From Chloroflexota bacterium (GTDB taxonomy: Bacteria; Chloroflexota; Anaerolineae; UBA4142), in NCBI GenBank assembly GCA_016223105.1, contig JACRPR010000009.1, forward strand, positions 2,099 through 66,098: a DNA stretch of 64,000 bases. Reading direction: 5' to 3'. Each line of letters begins with the position of its first letter. Positions within the stretch are counted from its first letter, which is position 1. The translations under genes were made by a program, and so were the position numbers. Of this stretch, positions 26,702-35,672 are shown piece after piece. Below the pieces are notes generated by a model, which saw nothing but the letters and a program-made list of their open reading frames with translations, did not search any database and was not told where the DNA came from.

Positions 26702-27733
26702 TTCAATCACCGCCTGCACCACACTTTCCGGCGCGCGATCAATCAGTTCGAATAATTCGATGGCGCGATCAAATGGCGCGCGATGCGTGATGAGCGGAAT
26801 CAAATTCAATGTGCCGTCGATCTGCAAACGCACCGCAGATTGTTGCAAACGCAATTTGTCCCAGCGATATTTCAGTTCGGGATCAACGCCGCTGATTTGC
26901 GAACAAACAATGTTCACGCGATTGTGATGAAACTCTTCGCTGAGATACAAGCCGCGCGCCTCGTTTTGCAACGCGCCCATCGCGACGACGCGCCCCGAGT
27001 ACGCCGCCGCGCGAATCGCTTCGTTCAACGCGACGCTCGACCCGGCAACTTCGAACACCACATCCGCGCCGCGATTGTCGGTGAGTCGTTTGATCTCTTC
27101 CGCGACCGGGACGCGGCGCGGATTCAGCGTGATGTGCGCGCCGAGTTGTTTTGCCATTTCCAATCGCGCGTCCAACAGATCAACCGCGATGACGCGCGCG
27201 CCGGATGCGCGCGCCGCTTGCGCGACGATTTGCCCCGGCGTCCCCAATCCGAACACCGCAACCGTTTCGCCGATGCGAACGCGCCCATCGTGTACGCCGT
27301 TCAACCCGACCGCGCCAATGTGCGAAAAAATTCCGATGCGCGGATCCGCGCCGGGCGGGATTATGCGTTGGCGCACCCAATCAATCGGCGCGACGTAATG
27401 CGTGCGATGCCACCACGGACCGAACACGCGCGTGCCCGGCGCGAGATCATTCACCGCCGATCCAACTTCGACGACCTTGCCCACTTCTTCGTAACCAATG
27501 TTCGGCACCGGGTACGTCCAACTCGGTGTGTCACTCGCGACATACAAACGCGTCGCGTCGTCCCAGCGTTTGTTCATATACGGATTCGTGCCGCGATACT
27601 GGGTCATCTCCGTGCCCGCGCTGATGCCGGATAAAAGTGTTTGAATGCGTACTTCGTCCGGCTTGAGCACGGGATCCGGATAATCTTCGTACGCGAGTTG
27701 CCGAGGTCCGGCAACGACCAATGCTCTGCCCAT
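26690..27733 (-). CDS. MDR-family (alcohol-dehydrogenase-like) oxidoreductase
   Basis: GroES-like N-domain and VAVFGLGTPG Rossmann motif. GGAG SD before ATG 27733. Confidence 0.8.
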   Translation of the reverse strand: MGRALVVAGPRQLAYEDYPDPVLKPDEVRIQTLLSGISAGTEMTQYRGTNPYMNKRWDDATRLYVASDTPSWTYPVPNIGYEEVGKVVEVGSAVNDLAPGTRVFGPWWHRTHYVAPIDWVRQRIIPPGADPRIGIFSHIGAVGLNGVHDGRVRIGETVAVFGLGTPGQIVAQAARASGARVIAVDLLDARLEMAKQLGAHITLNPRRVPVAEEIKRLTDNRGADVVFEVAGSSVALNEAIRAAAYSGRVVAMGALQNEARGLYLSEEFHHNRVNIVCSQISGVDPELKYRWDKLRLQQSAVRLQIDGTLNLIPLITHRAPFDRAIELFELIDRAPESVVQAVIEFGD

Positions 27734-27744
27734 TGTTGCTCCGA

Positions 27745-29610
27745 TTAAATAATTTCTCCGCGCGATGCTTTGATCGCTAAATCCACAAACACCGCGCTCG
27801 ACCAACCAAAGACGGATGCCGCGTGCGGCGGCGGTTCGCCGGTGTCGGGATTATAGTACTCGAAAATATCCGCGTGCCGATTTAACAACGCGAGCGTCTT
27901 GTCGCGCAGGTCGCGCGCGAGATCGGGATAGCCACTGCGCGCCAATCCTTCGATGAACAAATAATTGATATTGACCCAGGTCGGACCGCGCCACATTTTG
28001 TTCGGATCATATTTCGGATCGTTGCGCGCGACAGTCGGGATGGGGTACTCTGCCCAAAACTCATCGGGATTCGTCAGATGCGCGACGAGGCGATCATTGA
28101 TCGCGCGCGGCATTCGCCCGGTCAACAACGGATACAAGTTGAACGGCGTGAGCACGCGAATCGGTTGGTGATCGCGCGTTGCCCAAAAAACACCGGCGGC
28201 TTCATCCCAAAAATGCGCGATCATTTTTTGCGCGAGTTCTTCCGCGCGTGCGCGCCACATCACCGCATCGTCGCGTAATTCGAGAATTTCCGCGATGCGC
28301 GCGAGCGCGTCCATTTGCATCACCAGGTACGTGTTGAGTTCCGGCGATTCGACCGGCACGCCTTCATCCCACAACGGACTATCATCGAGCCCCGATGAAA
28401 AACCGTGATTGTATTGCGCGATGCCATCGTGATCGTCATCGTTTTTTTCAAACCACCAATGATTCCATCGGCACAACGGCTCGTAAATCTCATCGAGGAA
28501 ATCGCGATTGTGACTGGTCGCATAAAGTTTCAACGCCGCCCACGCGATCAACGGCGGCTTGGTTACATCGGATTCGCCTTCGATGCCGGGCAATTTCCAA
28601 CGATGCACCACGCCTTCATCGTGCACCGCGTCGGGAATCATTCCATCGTCGCGTTGATGATCGAGCACAACACGCAGTTGATTCTCCGCGAGTTTTTGAT
28701 CTACATACTGATACGCGAGCGCGTGAAAAAACGCGTCCCACTGCCACACGCCGATATAATGAATCGCCGATGGCATCATTGCCTCGCGCGTCAAGTGAAA
28801 ACGCGGACTGAGCAAACCCATTCGCAGAATCCACCACGCGTGATAGTACTGCTCGGCGTATTCTTCGCGCATCGCGGGCGCGGCGGCGAACCATTTGTGC
28901 CAGCGCGCTTCGGCGTCGCGCATCACATCGTCCGCGCGCGCGACACTGCGATTGAATCCCAGGCGCGGGGTGATATTGAGCAGAAACGCCGATTCGGTCG
29001 TCGCTTCGATTTGCAGATTCACGCGCAGATAGCCGTTCGCATCGGGGACGATTTCGTTCGCAATGACGCGCGCGTTCGTGGTGTACGCGATGTTGCGCGG
29101 CGTGGTGCGATGTTCGGGATCGCCTTTGAATTCGCCGCCGCGCCGATCCGCGCGCCCGTGCGCGGCGAACGCGCGAAATGAAATTCCACTTTTCCCGGCG
29201 GGCAACTTTAAATACAACGTTTCCGCGTCCGCGAACGCAAGCCAATAATTTCCGACGCGCGTTTCCAAGCCGAGCGCGTGCGGGTACGACGTCAATTCGA
29301 AATCGAGCGGCGCGCCGTGCGCGTCGGTCAGAACAAAATCGTCCAGCACCGGCGCGCGATGCCGGTAATCGCCGACCTGGTCTGCCCATTTCATCCAACG
29401 TTCCGCGAGGCGAAAAAACAATTGCGATCCGCGGCGAAAAACCAGGATACGCGAGCCGCGTTCACTGAATGGAATGCCGCTGAACGGAATCCGTTGCTGA
29501 TCGGCGGATGAAAGTTGAAAACGCGGATCGAGTTTTTCCGGCGCGCTCTCTTCGAGCGTGATGCGCCCGCGCAGTTGTTGAAGAAAAGGCGATGCAGGAG
29601 TGAAAGTCAT
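27745..29610 (-). CDS. GH63-like / MGH1-like (alpha/alpha)6-barrel glycoside hydrolase with N-terminal beta domain
   Basis: GVWQWDAFFHA, GPTWVNINYL, FEYYNPDTGE and FGWSSAV motifs. Confidence 0.75.
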   Translation of the reverse strand: MTFTPASPFLQQLRGRITLEESAPEKLDPRFQLSSADQQRIPFSGIPFSERGSRILVFRRGSQLFFRLAERWMKWADQVGDYRHRAPVLDDFVLTDAHGAPLDFELTSYPHALGLETRVGNYWLAFADAETLYLKLPAGKSGISFRAFAAHGRADRRGGEFKGDPEHRTTPRNIAYTTNARVIANEIVPDANGYLRVNLQIEATTESAFLLNITPRLGFNRSVARADDVMRDAEARWHKWFAAAPAMREEYAEQYYHAWWILRMGLLSPRFHLTREAMMPSAIHYIGVWQWDAFFHALAYQYVDQKLAENQLRVVLDHQRDDGMIPDAVHDEGVVHRWKLPGIEGESDVTKPPLIAWAALKLYATSHNRDFLDEIYEPLCRWNHWWFEKNDDDHDGIAQYNHGFSSGLDDSPLWDEGVPVESPELNTYLVMQMDALARIAEILELRDDAVMWRARAEELAQKMIAHFWDEAAGVFWATRDHQPIRVLTPFNLYPLLTGRMPRAINDRLVAHLTNPDEFWAEYPIPTVARNDPKYDPNKMWRGPTWVNINYLFIEGLARSGYPDLARDLRDKTLALLNRHADIFEYYNPDTGEPPPHAASVFGWSSAVFVDLAIKASRGEII

Positions 29611-29622
29611 TATGGTTTCCCT

Positions 29623-29702
29623 GTGTCATTGCGAGCGAAGCGAAGCAATCCCCAAATCACTCGGAGATTGCTTCGTCGCCAAATGCGCTCCTCGCAATGA
29701 CA
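29623..29702. mobile_element. Short (about 80 nt) variant of the GTCATTGCGAG MITE family
   Basis: gtgtcattgcgagcgaagcgaagcaatcc...ggagattgcttcgtcgcc...ctcgcaatgaca. Covers the last about 25 codons of the URO-D gene. Confidence 0.7.
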
Positions 29703-30657
29703 AATAATCAAAATTTTTCCACACGTTCAACATCAGTTCGTACCGTTCCAAACGCATCCCCGGATAAACACAATTGCTCGTCGAAAAAATATATCCGCCG
29801 CCGGGCGCGCCGTGCGTCAACGCGTACTGCGCGGATGCGATCACTTCATCATCCGTGCCGGTGTCGAGCAAGCCGCAATTCACGTTGCCGATCAAACAGA
29901 CCTGGTCGCCGTACCGCCGTTTCACTTGTGCAATGTCCACGCCGCCTTGCGGATCGAGCGAGTGGAGCGCGTGCGGATTGCACGCGACGAGTTGATCGAG
30001 AATCGGCATAATGTTGCCGTCGGTGTGTTTGATCGTGTAGAAACCCAGGTCGCGATAACCGCGAATCAATTGCGCGAGGTACGGCGTAACGAACTCGGCG
30101 AATTTACTGGGACGCATATACGGTCCCGTGTTGAAACAATAATCGGTGCAAAGCGCGTACCCGTCGAGTCCGCCGCGTTGCATTTGGCGTTCGGCGCGTT
30201 CGAGCGCGGCGTTTACTTTGGCTTGCGCTTCGGCTTTCAACTTGTCCGGCTCGTCCGCCATTCGATACGCGACCTCGTTTAACTTGGCAATGCCCCAGGT
30301 CGCGTCGCCGTGCATCATCAAGAAATATTTCGCGCCGATTTTTTCGCGAACGAGATCAACCATCCGCCAGCGTTCTTCTTCCGTGTCCGGGTTGGGATGG
30401 ATGAAAATCGCGCTATGCTCGAATCGTTCCGCGGTCGCGATAAAAATGTCCGCCATTTCGTTGCGATGCAATGCGCGTTCGTGTTCGCGCATCTGCCCCC
30501 ATTGTTCGTAATTGCGATGCGACGGATGCACCTTGCCGAACATTTCCATCGTCAAGAAAAAAACGAGTTCGAAATGCGGCGCGCGTCCGGCGAGCGGTTT
30601 GCGGTCGAGCGCGGCGATGAAACGTTCGCGCGGGGTGAGAATTTTTTCTTGCATCAT
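29626..30657 (-). CDS. Uroporphyrinogen-decarboxylase (URO-D) family protein
   Basis: URO-D/MtaA-like TIM-barrel sequence over about 315 aa. The C-terminal tail (SLRGAHLATKQSPSDLGIASLRSQ) is encoded by the MITE. Confidence 0.8.
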   Translation of the reverse strand: MMQEKILTPRERFIAALDRKPLAGRAPHFELVFFLTMEMFGKVHPSHRNYEQWGQMREHERALHRNEMADIFIATAERFEHSAIFIHPNPDTEEERWRMVDLVREKIGAKYFLMMHGDATWGIAKLNEVAYRMADEPDKLKAEAQAKVNAALERAERQMQRGGLDGYALCTDYCFNTGPYMRPSKFAEFVTPYLAQLIRGYRDLGFYTIKHTDGNIMPILDQLVACNPHALHSLDPQGGVDIAQVKRRYGDQVCLIGNVNCGLLDTGTDDEVIASAQYALTHGAPGGGYIFSTSNCVYPGMRLERYELMLNVWKNFDYLSLRGAHLATKQSPSDLGIASLRSQ

Positions 30658-30668
30658 TTACTCTATTT

Positions 30669-32015
30669 TTATGCGCGTTCATTCGCGTCATTCGCGGCTA
30701 AATTTTCGCTCGCAATCATTTCCAGCGTCAGCGCGGCAGACCAAGAAAAATCAACCGCGCCGCAACCGGAACCGTCGCGCGGATCATAGTATTCGCGGAA
30801 ATCATTTTGCGCGACGAGCGCGAGCGAATCGTGTACCACTGCATCGGCTTGCTTGATAAAACCATAGCGGCGCAAACCTTCGGCGATGATCCAATTCATC
30901 TGAATCCACACCGGACCGCACCAATACCGGCGCGGCGCATAACCCGGTTCATTTTTCGCGACGCTCGGCAAATAAAATTTTGAATCCGCGCCCGGCGCGT
31001 ACTCGCGCGGATTTTCGAAATGTTCCGCGACCAAACGCGCGGCTTGGTCTGGCGAAGCGAGTCCAGCAAAGAGCGGCGCGAACGTCGCGTTCGCGTTGAC
31101 GCGAATCGGCGATTGCGCGCGCACATCGTAATCAAGATACAACCCGCGCGCGTCATCCCAGAATCGCGCGTCAAAAATTTCGCGCGTGCGCGCAAGCCAA
31201 CCATCAATCTCGCGCGTGTCTTCGCCGAGTTCGCGCGCGAGCGCGCACAAATCTTCATCGGCGCGATGGAGAATCGAACAGAACAAAACATCTTGAACGA
31301 GAAACGGCATTTGCTCCAACAACGCGCGCGGCTCCCAATGCAAACGCCGACCGCAATCAATCAAATACACAAAGCGTTCGTAATCCGGCGCGCGCGGGCG
31401 TTCGTCGGCGGCGACGTGAATCGTATCGCGACGTTGAAACGGCGGCAAATTTTCCGGCGTGATGCGGTCGAGCGCGTCCGCCCACAACGGCGAATTGTCC
31501 ATCCCGGATTCCCAGGGATGAATGAGGCACGGCAAGCCGGTGCCGTCGGCGTCGCGCGCGGTGTGCAACCAGCGATGCCAGGCGAGGAGTTGGGAAAATT
31601 CGTAATTCGCGCGAAGCGTTCGTAATTCAGAATTGTGAATTGCGAATTGCGAATTGTTTTGAATCATCCGAACAATGGTAGATAAAATTGGCGGTTGGGT
31701 CAGCGCGGAGGAAGGGATGTCGCCGGCACGCGCTAAATTTTCGGTTTGCCAAAATTCCGGCGGCGGAAAATAATCGGATGCGCCGGTCGGATAAATAATG
31801 TGCGGTACCATTCCATCGCGCCATTGCGCCCGCAACAACGCGCGCACTTCGGCGAACGCGCGCGGCAAATCGAACTGCGCGAGTCCGAGCGCGATGAATG
31901 CAGAATCCCAGTTCCACTGATGCGGATATTGGCGCGGCGAGGGTTTGGTAAATTCGCCGGTGTCGTTGAGCCGGAGAACCGCGCGCGCGCGCGCAATGAA
32001 ATTATCATCAAGCAT
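30669..32015 (-). CDS. GH63-like (mannosylglycerate/glucosylglycerate-hydrolase-like) (alpha/alpha)6 glycoside hydrolase
   Basis: YPHQWNWDSAFIA, GPVWIQMNW, REYYDPRDG and DFSWSAA. First ATG after the palindromic element is 32015 (listed ORF runs to 32306). Confidence 0.8.
   Translation of the reverse strand: MLDDNFIARARAVLRLNDTGEFTKPSPRQYPHQWNWDSAFIALGLAQFDLPRAFAEVRALLRAQWRDGMVPHIIYPTGASDYFPPPEFWQTENLARAGDIPSSALTQPPILSTIVRMIQNNSQFAIHNSELRTLRANYEFSQLLAWHRWLHTARDADGTGLPCLIHPWESGMDNSPLWADALDRITPENLPPFQRRDTIHVAADERPRAPDYERFVYLIDCGRRLHWEPRALLEQMPFLVQDVLFCSILHRADEDLCALARELGEDTREIDGWLARTREIFDARFWDDARGLYLDYDVRAQSPIRVNANATFAPLFAGLASPDQAARLVAEHFENPREYAPGADSKFYLPSVAKNEPGYAPRRYWCGPVWIQMNWIIAEGLRRYGFIKQADAVVHDSLALVAQNDFREYYDPRDGSGCGAVDFSWSAALTLEMIASENLAANDANERA
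31621..31662. repeat. In-frame 42-nt heptamer array (NNGAATT x5-6) inside the GH63-like CDS
   Basis: cgtaatt cagaatt gtgaatt gcgaatt gcgaatt gttttga; encodes NNSQFAIHNSELR. Confidence 0.8.
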
Positions 32016-32035
32016 TGCAGAATCAAATCGTTTTT

Positions 32036-32100
32036 CCACTGACGGAAGAAAACACGGACATTGGTTGTTTTTTCTTGTCCGTGTGCCTTTCTCGGTCAGG
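32036..32100. repeat. About 65-nt palindromic element, ACACGGA family
   Basis: ccactgacggaagaaaacacggaca...tgtccgtgtgcctttctcggtcagg. Confidence 0.75.
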
Positions 32101-32148
32101 GGAAGAAATAATACTGGACGCGGCGAAAATTTTTTCCGCGTTTCATTT

Positions 32149-32670
32149 TCACGCGAGCAATAAGGGGCGCGTGTGATCCGCCCACGCGCGAATCGCGTTC
32201 CAATCCCGGCGGTCGCCGCGCGGAAAAATTCCGGCGGCAACCGTCGCGCGCAAAAGCAAAGTATCCAGGTTAACCGGCAGTTTGGAAAAATCCAACTTCC
32301 CGGCAAAGAGACCTTCGCTCACCGGTTGAATCAATGCGCGCACCGGCGCGATCCATTCCGCGACCACCGCGCGATATTTCGCATCGTTCGACATCGCCAA
32401 CGTGATGCACACGGTAAATGTCGCAAACGGTTTGCGCGCGCGATCGGCGCGATGTGTCTGGATGAATTGCATCGCTTCCGGCAACCATTTCGATTTGCGA
32501 ATCGCACTGCCGGCAATCACTGCTTGATAGGGCGTCAGGTCTTTCACGTCTTGCATTGAAAGCACATCCACTTGCGCGCCGTTTTCAGCGAGAGTTTTGC
32601 CGATAGATTCTGCGACCCCGGCGGTGGATCCGGCGCGGCTAGCATAGCAAACGAGCACACGATTGTTCAT
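32149..32670 (-). CDS. Flavodoxin-like (HemG-like) protein
   Basis: VLVCYASRAGSTAG FMN-phosphate-loop-like N-terminus. GGAG SD before ATG 32670. Confidence 0.7.
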   Translation of the reverse strand: MNNRVLVCYASRAGSTAGVAESIGKTLAENGAQVDVLSMQDVKDLTPYQAVIAGSAIRKSKWLPEAMQFIQTHRADRARKPFATFTVCITLAMSNDAKYRAVVAEWIAPVRALIQPVSEGLFAGKLDFSKLPVNLDTLLLRATVAAGIFPRGDRRDWNAIRAWADHTRPLLLA

Positions 32671-32721
32671 TGTTTTTTCTCCAATGGAAATGGCTGACAT
32701 TTTTCTTGCCGGGGTCTCAGC

Positions 32722-33816
32722 TTACCCCGGATGAATCGCGTCGCCAGTTGCCGCATCCATCCAACGAATTTTTTCCGGATCAAAATGAAGCCACACATCA
32801 TCGTTCGGCGCGACGCGTTGGTCGGGCGCGACGCTCACTTTGGAAATTTCCGCGCCGACTTGGACGGTCAACAATTTGTGCGAGCCGAGCGGCTCGACGA
32901 CAAGGACGCGCGCGCGAATCGTGTTCGCGTGTTGCGCGGATGCGAGCGCGAGATTTTCCGGGCGGATGCCGAGCAAAATCGGTTGACCGTTTTTCTCGAT
33001 GAGTGCGGACGCGAGCGCGACCGATGGCGCGATGTGCGATTCGCCGACCGCCGCGATCGGTTTGCCCTCGTTCACGCGCACGACGCCGGGCAAAAAATTC
33101 ATCGGCGGCGTGCCGATAAATCCGCCGACGAATTTATTCGCGGGATAATCGTAAATGTTCATCGGCGCGTCGCACTGCACAATGCGCCCGTTTTGCATCA
33201 CCGCGATGCGGTCGCCGAGCGACAATGCTTCGACCTGGTCGTGCGTTACGTAGATCGTCGTCGCTTTGATTTCTTGATGCAAGCGTTTCAGTTCGGCGCG
33301 CATTTGCAATCGCAACAGCGCGTCGAGATTCGACAGCGGTTCGTCCATCAACAACACCGCGGCTTGCATCACAATCGCGCGCGCGACCGCGACGCGTTGG
33401 CGTTGTCCGCCGGACAATTGCGCCGGATAACGCGCGAGATAATCGCTCAATTCCAACAAGCGCGCGCCGTCTTCGACGCGACGTTTGATTTCATCGCGCG
33501 GGCGGCTTTGCATTTGCAAACCGAACGCGATGTTATCGAACACGGTGAGATGCGGAAAGACCGCGTAGCTTTGAAAGACCATCGCGATTTTCCGGTCGCG
33601 CGGCGCGAGCTCGGTTACATCGCGCGCGCCGATGAGCACGCGTCCGCCATCCACACGTTCGAGTCCGGCGAGACAGCGCAGTAACGTCGTTTTGCCGCAA
33701 CCGCTCGGACCCAACAACACCATAAACTCGCCGTCCTTGATTTCCAAACTGACATCGTTCGCGGCAAGCGTCTTGCCAAAAATTTTGCGGATGGATTGAA
33801 ATTGAATGCCAGCCAT
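32722..33816 (-). CDS. Sugar ABC transporter ATP-binding protein (MalK/UgpC type)
   Basis: GPSGCGKTT, LSGGQRQRVA and a C-terminal TOBE-like domain. Confidence 0.9.
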   Translation of the reverse strand: MAGIQFQSIRKIFGKTLAANDVSLEIKDGEFMVLLGPSGCGKTTLLRCLAGLERVDGGRVLIGARDVTELAPRDRKIAMVFQSYAVFPHLTVFDNIAFGLQMQSRPRDEIKRRVEDGARLLELSDYLARYPAQLSGGQRQRVAVARAIVMQAAVLLMDEPLSNLDALLRLQMRAELKRLHQEIKATTIYVTHDQVEALSLGDRIAVMQNGRIVQCDAPMNIYDYPANKFVGGFIGTPPMNFLPGVVRVNEGKPIAAVGESHIAPSVALASALIEKNGQPILLGIRPENLALASAQHANTIRARVLVVEPLGSHKLLTVQVGAEISKVSVAPDQRVAPNDDVWLHFDPEKIRWMDAATGDAIHPG

Positions 33817-33825
33817 TGCGACTCC

Positions 33826-33883
33826 ATTTCTGATTTCTGATTTCTGATTTCAGAATTTCAATCTGAAATTTGAAATCTGAAAT
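33826..33883. repeat. Heptamer-array hairpin (ATTTCTG/ATTTCAG x5 facing ATCTGAA x3)
   Basis: Read directly. Confidence 0.85.
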
Positions 33884-34701
33884 TATCGCACGATGTTGCC
33901 CCACATATTCAGTAAATATTTGCGGATGGCGAAAATGAAAACTACCGCGGGCAGAATCATAAAAAAGCCGCCGGCGTAACGATAGTACAACGGCGAGCCG
34001 CTCAAGCCGCTCAACACTTGTGCGGGGAGCGTGCGGTTGCGGAGCGTGAGAATCGTCGCCGCGAACACTTCGTTCCACGACAGCACGAAAGTGAAAATCG
34101 CCGCGGCGGCGAGACCTGGGATCGTGAGCGGCATCACGACGCGCCAGAACGCTTGCAAGCGATTGCATCCCAGGGTTTGCGCGGCTTCTTCCAAATCGCG
34201 CGGCACGCCGACGAAAATGCCGGCAGTTACAATGATGACAAATGGCAGAGCCATCGCGGTGTGCATCAACGCGACGCCCCAAAGCGTATCATACAAATCC
34301 ATTTGCAGAAACGCGATTGCGAGCGGGACGGAGAGAATCGCGGTGGGAAACATTTTGCTGATCAGAAAACCGAGTTGAATCGCGTCCTTGCCGCGAAAGC
34401 GAAAGCGCGCGAGCGCGTAACCGCCGGGCGCGCCCAGGATCAAACTCGCAACGACGGTAACGAGCGCGACGATGATACTGTTCTTGACTGAATCGAGCAC
34501 GCCGGTCGAACCGACAAAGAACGCCATCGTTTCAGTTGAAAACGCGGTGGGCAAAAAAAGTTTGGGCCACTGAAAGACCGCTTCCTTGGTGCTGAACGCG
34601 GCGAGCGCGATCAAGTACAACGGCGCGAGTGTCCACACCGCGAGCGCAATCGCGACGGCGTACAAAAAAATTCGATTCAAGATAAATCGCGAAGACGGCA
34701 T
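33883..34701 (-). CDS. Carbohydrate ABC transporter permease (MalG-like)
   Basis: 6-TM permease with an EAA-loop-like DLEEAAQTLG. Confidence 0.9.
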   Translation of the reverse strand: MPSSRFILNRIFLYAVAIALAVWTLAPLYLIALAAFSTKEAVFQWPKLFLPTAFSTETMAFFVGSTGVLDSVKNSIIVALVTVVASLILGAPGGYALARFRFRGKDAIQLGFLISKMFPTAILSVPLAIAFLQMDLYDTLWGVALMHTAMALPFVIIVTAGIFVGVPRDLEEAAQTLGCNRLQAFWRVVMPLTIPGLAAAAIFTFVLSWNEVFAATILTLRNRTLPAQVLSGLSGSPLYYRYAGGFFMILPAVVFIFAIRKYLLNMWGNIVR

Positions 34702-34709
34702 AGAACCCC

Positions 34710-34754
34710 ATTTCAGATTTCAGATTTCAGAATTTTAATCTGAAATCTGAAATC
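34710..34754. repeat. Heptamer-array hairpin (ATTTCAG x3-4 facing ATCTGAA x2)
   Basis: Read directly. Confidence 0.85.
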
Positions 34755-35616
34755 AATCGAACCCGGCTTCCGCAGTACTCGTCCGCAAAAGTCGAAAGTA
34801 CACAACGGTCGCGATCACGGTAAAGATGAGGACGAGCGTTGAATACGCCGCGGCGATGTTCGCGTTGCGATTGAGCGCGTACCAGTTGTACGCTTCACCG
34901 GTGAGAACCGGGATGACGCGTCCGGCGAGCGCAAGCACAACCGCGAAAGTTTGGAACGCGAAAATCGTACGGATGATCAGCGCGTTTTGCAAACTGGGTC
35001 GCAAGAGCGGGAGAACGACGAACAAGGTGCGCTTGAGCGTGTTCGCGCCAAACACATCGGCGGCTTCAAAATAATCGCGCGGGATCACTTGCAGTCCGGC
35101 GAGCAAAATCACCATCACGATCGCGGTCGCGCGCCACGATTCCGCGATGATGAGCGTGCTGAACAACGCCGGTAAATTTTGGTACGAGAGAAACAAGAAC
35201 GGTCGTTCAAGCAAACCGAGTTGGAATAAGCCGGAATTGAGGAAACCGCGTTCGGTGAAAATCGCGAGCCACACGATGCCCGCGGCAAGATCGGAAATCG
35301 CGAGCGGCAACGCGTAGATGTACAGAAAAAAAGTGTGCCCTTTGAAGCGCGTGTGGATGAGTAGCGCCATCACCAATGCCAGGACGACTTGCGCCGGAAC
35401 GATGAAGATGAGCAAGAGAAAAGTAAATTTCAACGCGTCCGCGAAACTCGTGTCCGCGATCATTTTTTCAAATTGCGTGAGCGTAAATTCGCCGTCGGCA
35501 GTTTGGAACGCGAGCAGGAATGCTTGAAAGATTGGCACCACGATCAACAGCGTGATGAAGATGAGCGTAGGCGCAAGTAAACTGTACGGCAGAATGGATT
35601 CGGTTCGAACGCGCAT
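34753..35616 (-). CDS. Carbohydrate ABC transporter permease (MalF-like)
   Basis: 6-TM permease with YFEAADVFG EAA loop. ATG 35616 with GAGG SD; the listed ORF extends into the palindrome. Confidence 0.85.
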   Translation of the reverse strand: MRVRTESILPYSLLAPTLIFITLLIVVPIFQAFLLAFQTADGEFTLTQFEKMIADTSFADALKFTFLLLIFIVPAQVVLALVMALLIHTRFKGHTFFLYIYALPLAISDLAAGIVWLAIFTERGFLNSGLFQLGLLERPFLFLSYQNLPALFSTLIIAESWRATAIVMVILLAGLQVIPRDYFEAADVFGANTLKRTLFVVLPLLRPSLQNALIIRTIFAFQTFAVVLALAGRVIPVLTGEAYNWYALNRNANIAAAYSTLVLIFTVIATVVYFRLLRTSTAEAGFD

Positions 35617-35629
35617 CGGAACCTCGCAA

Positions 35630-35661
35630 GACCTGGAAGGTTTTTGCAAACCTTCCAGGTC
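35630..35661. repeat. 32-nt perfect palindrome GACCTGGAAGGTTT-TTGC-AAACCTTCCAGGTC
   Basis: Variant of the 1691/25070 family in which both arms changed in concert. Confidence 0.8.
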
Positions 35662-35672
35662 TGAACCACGAC

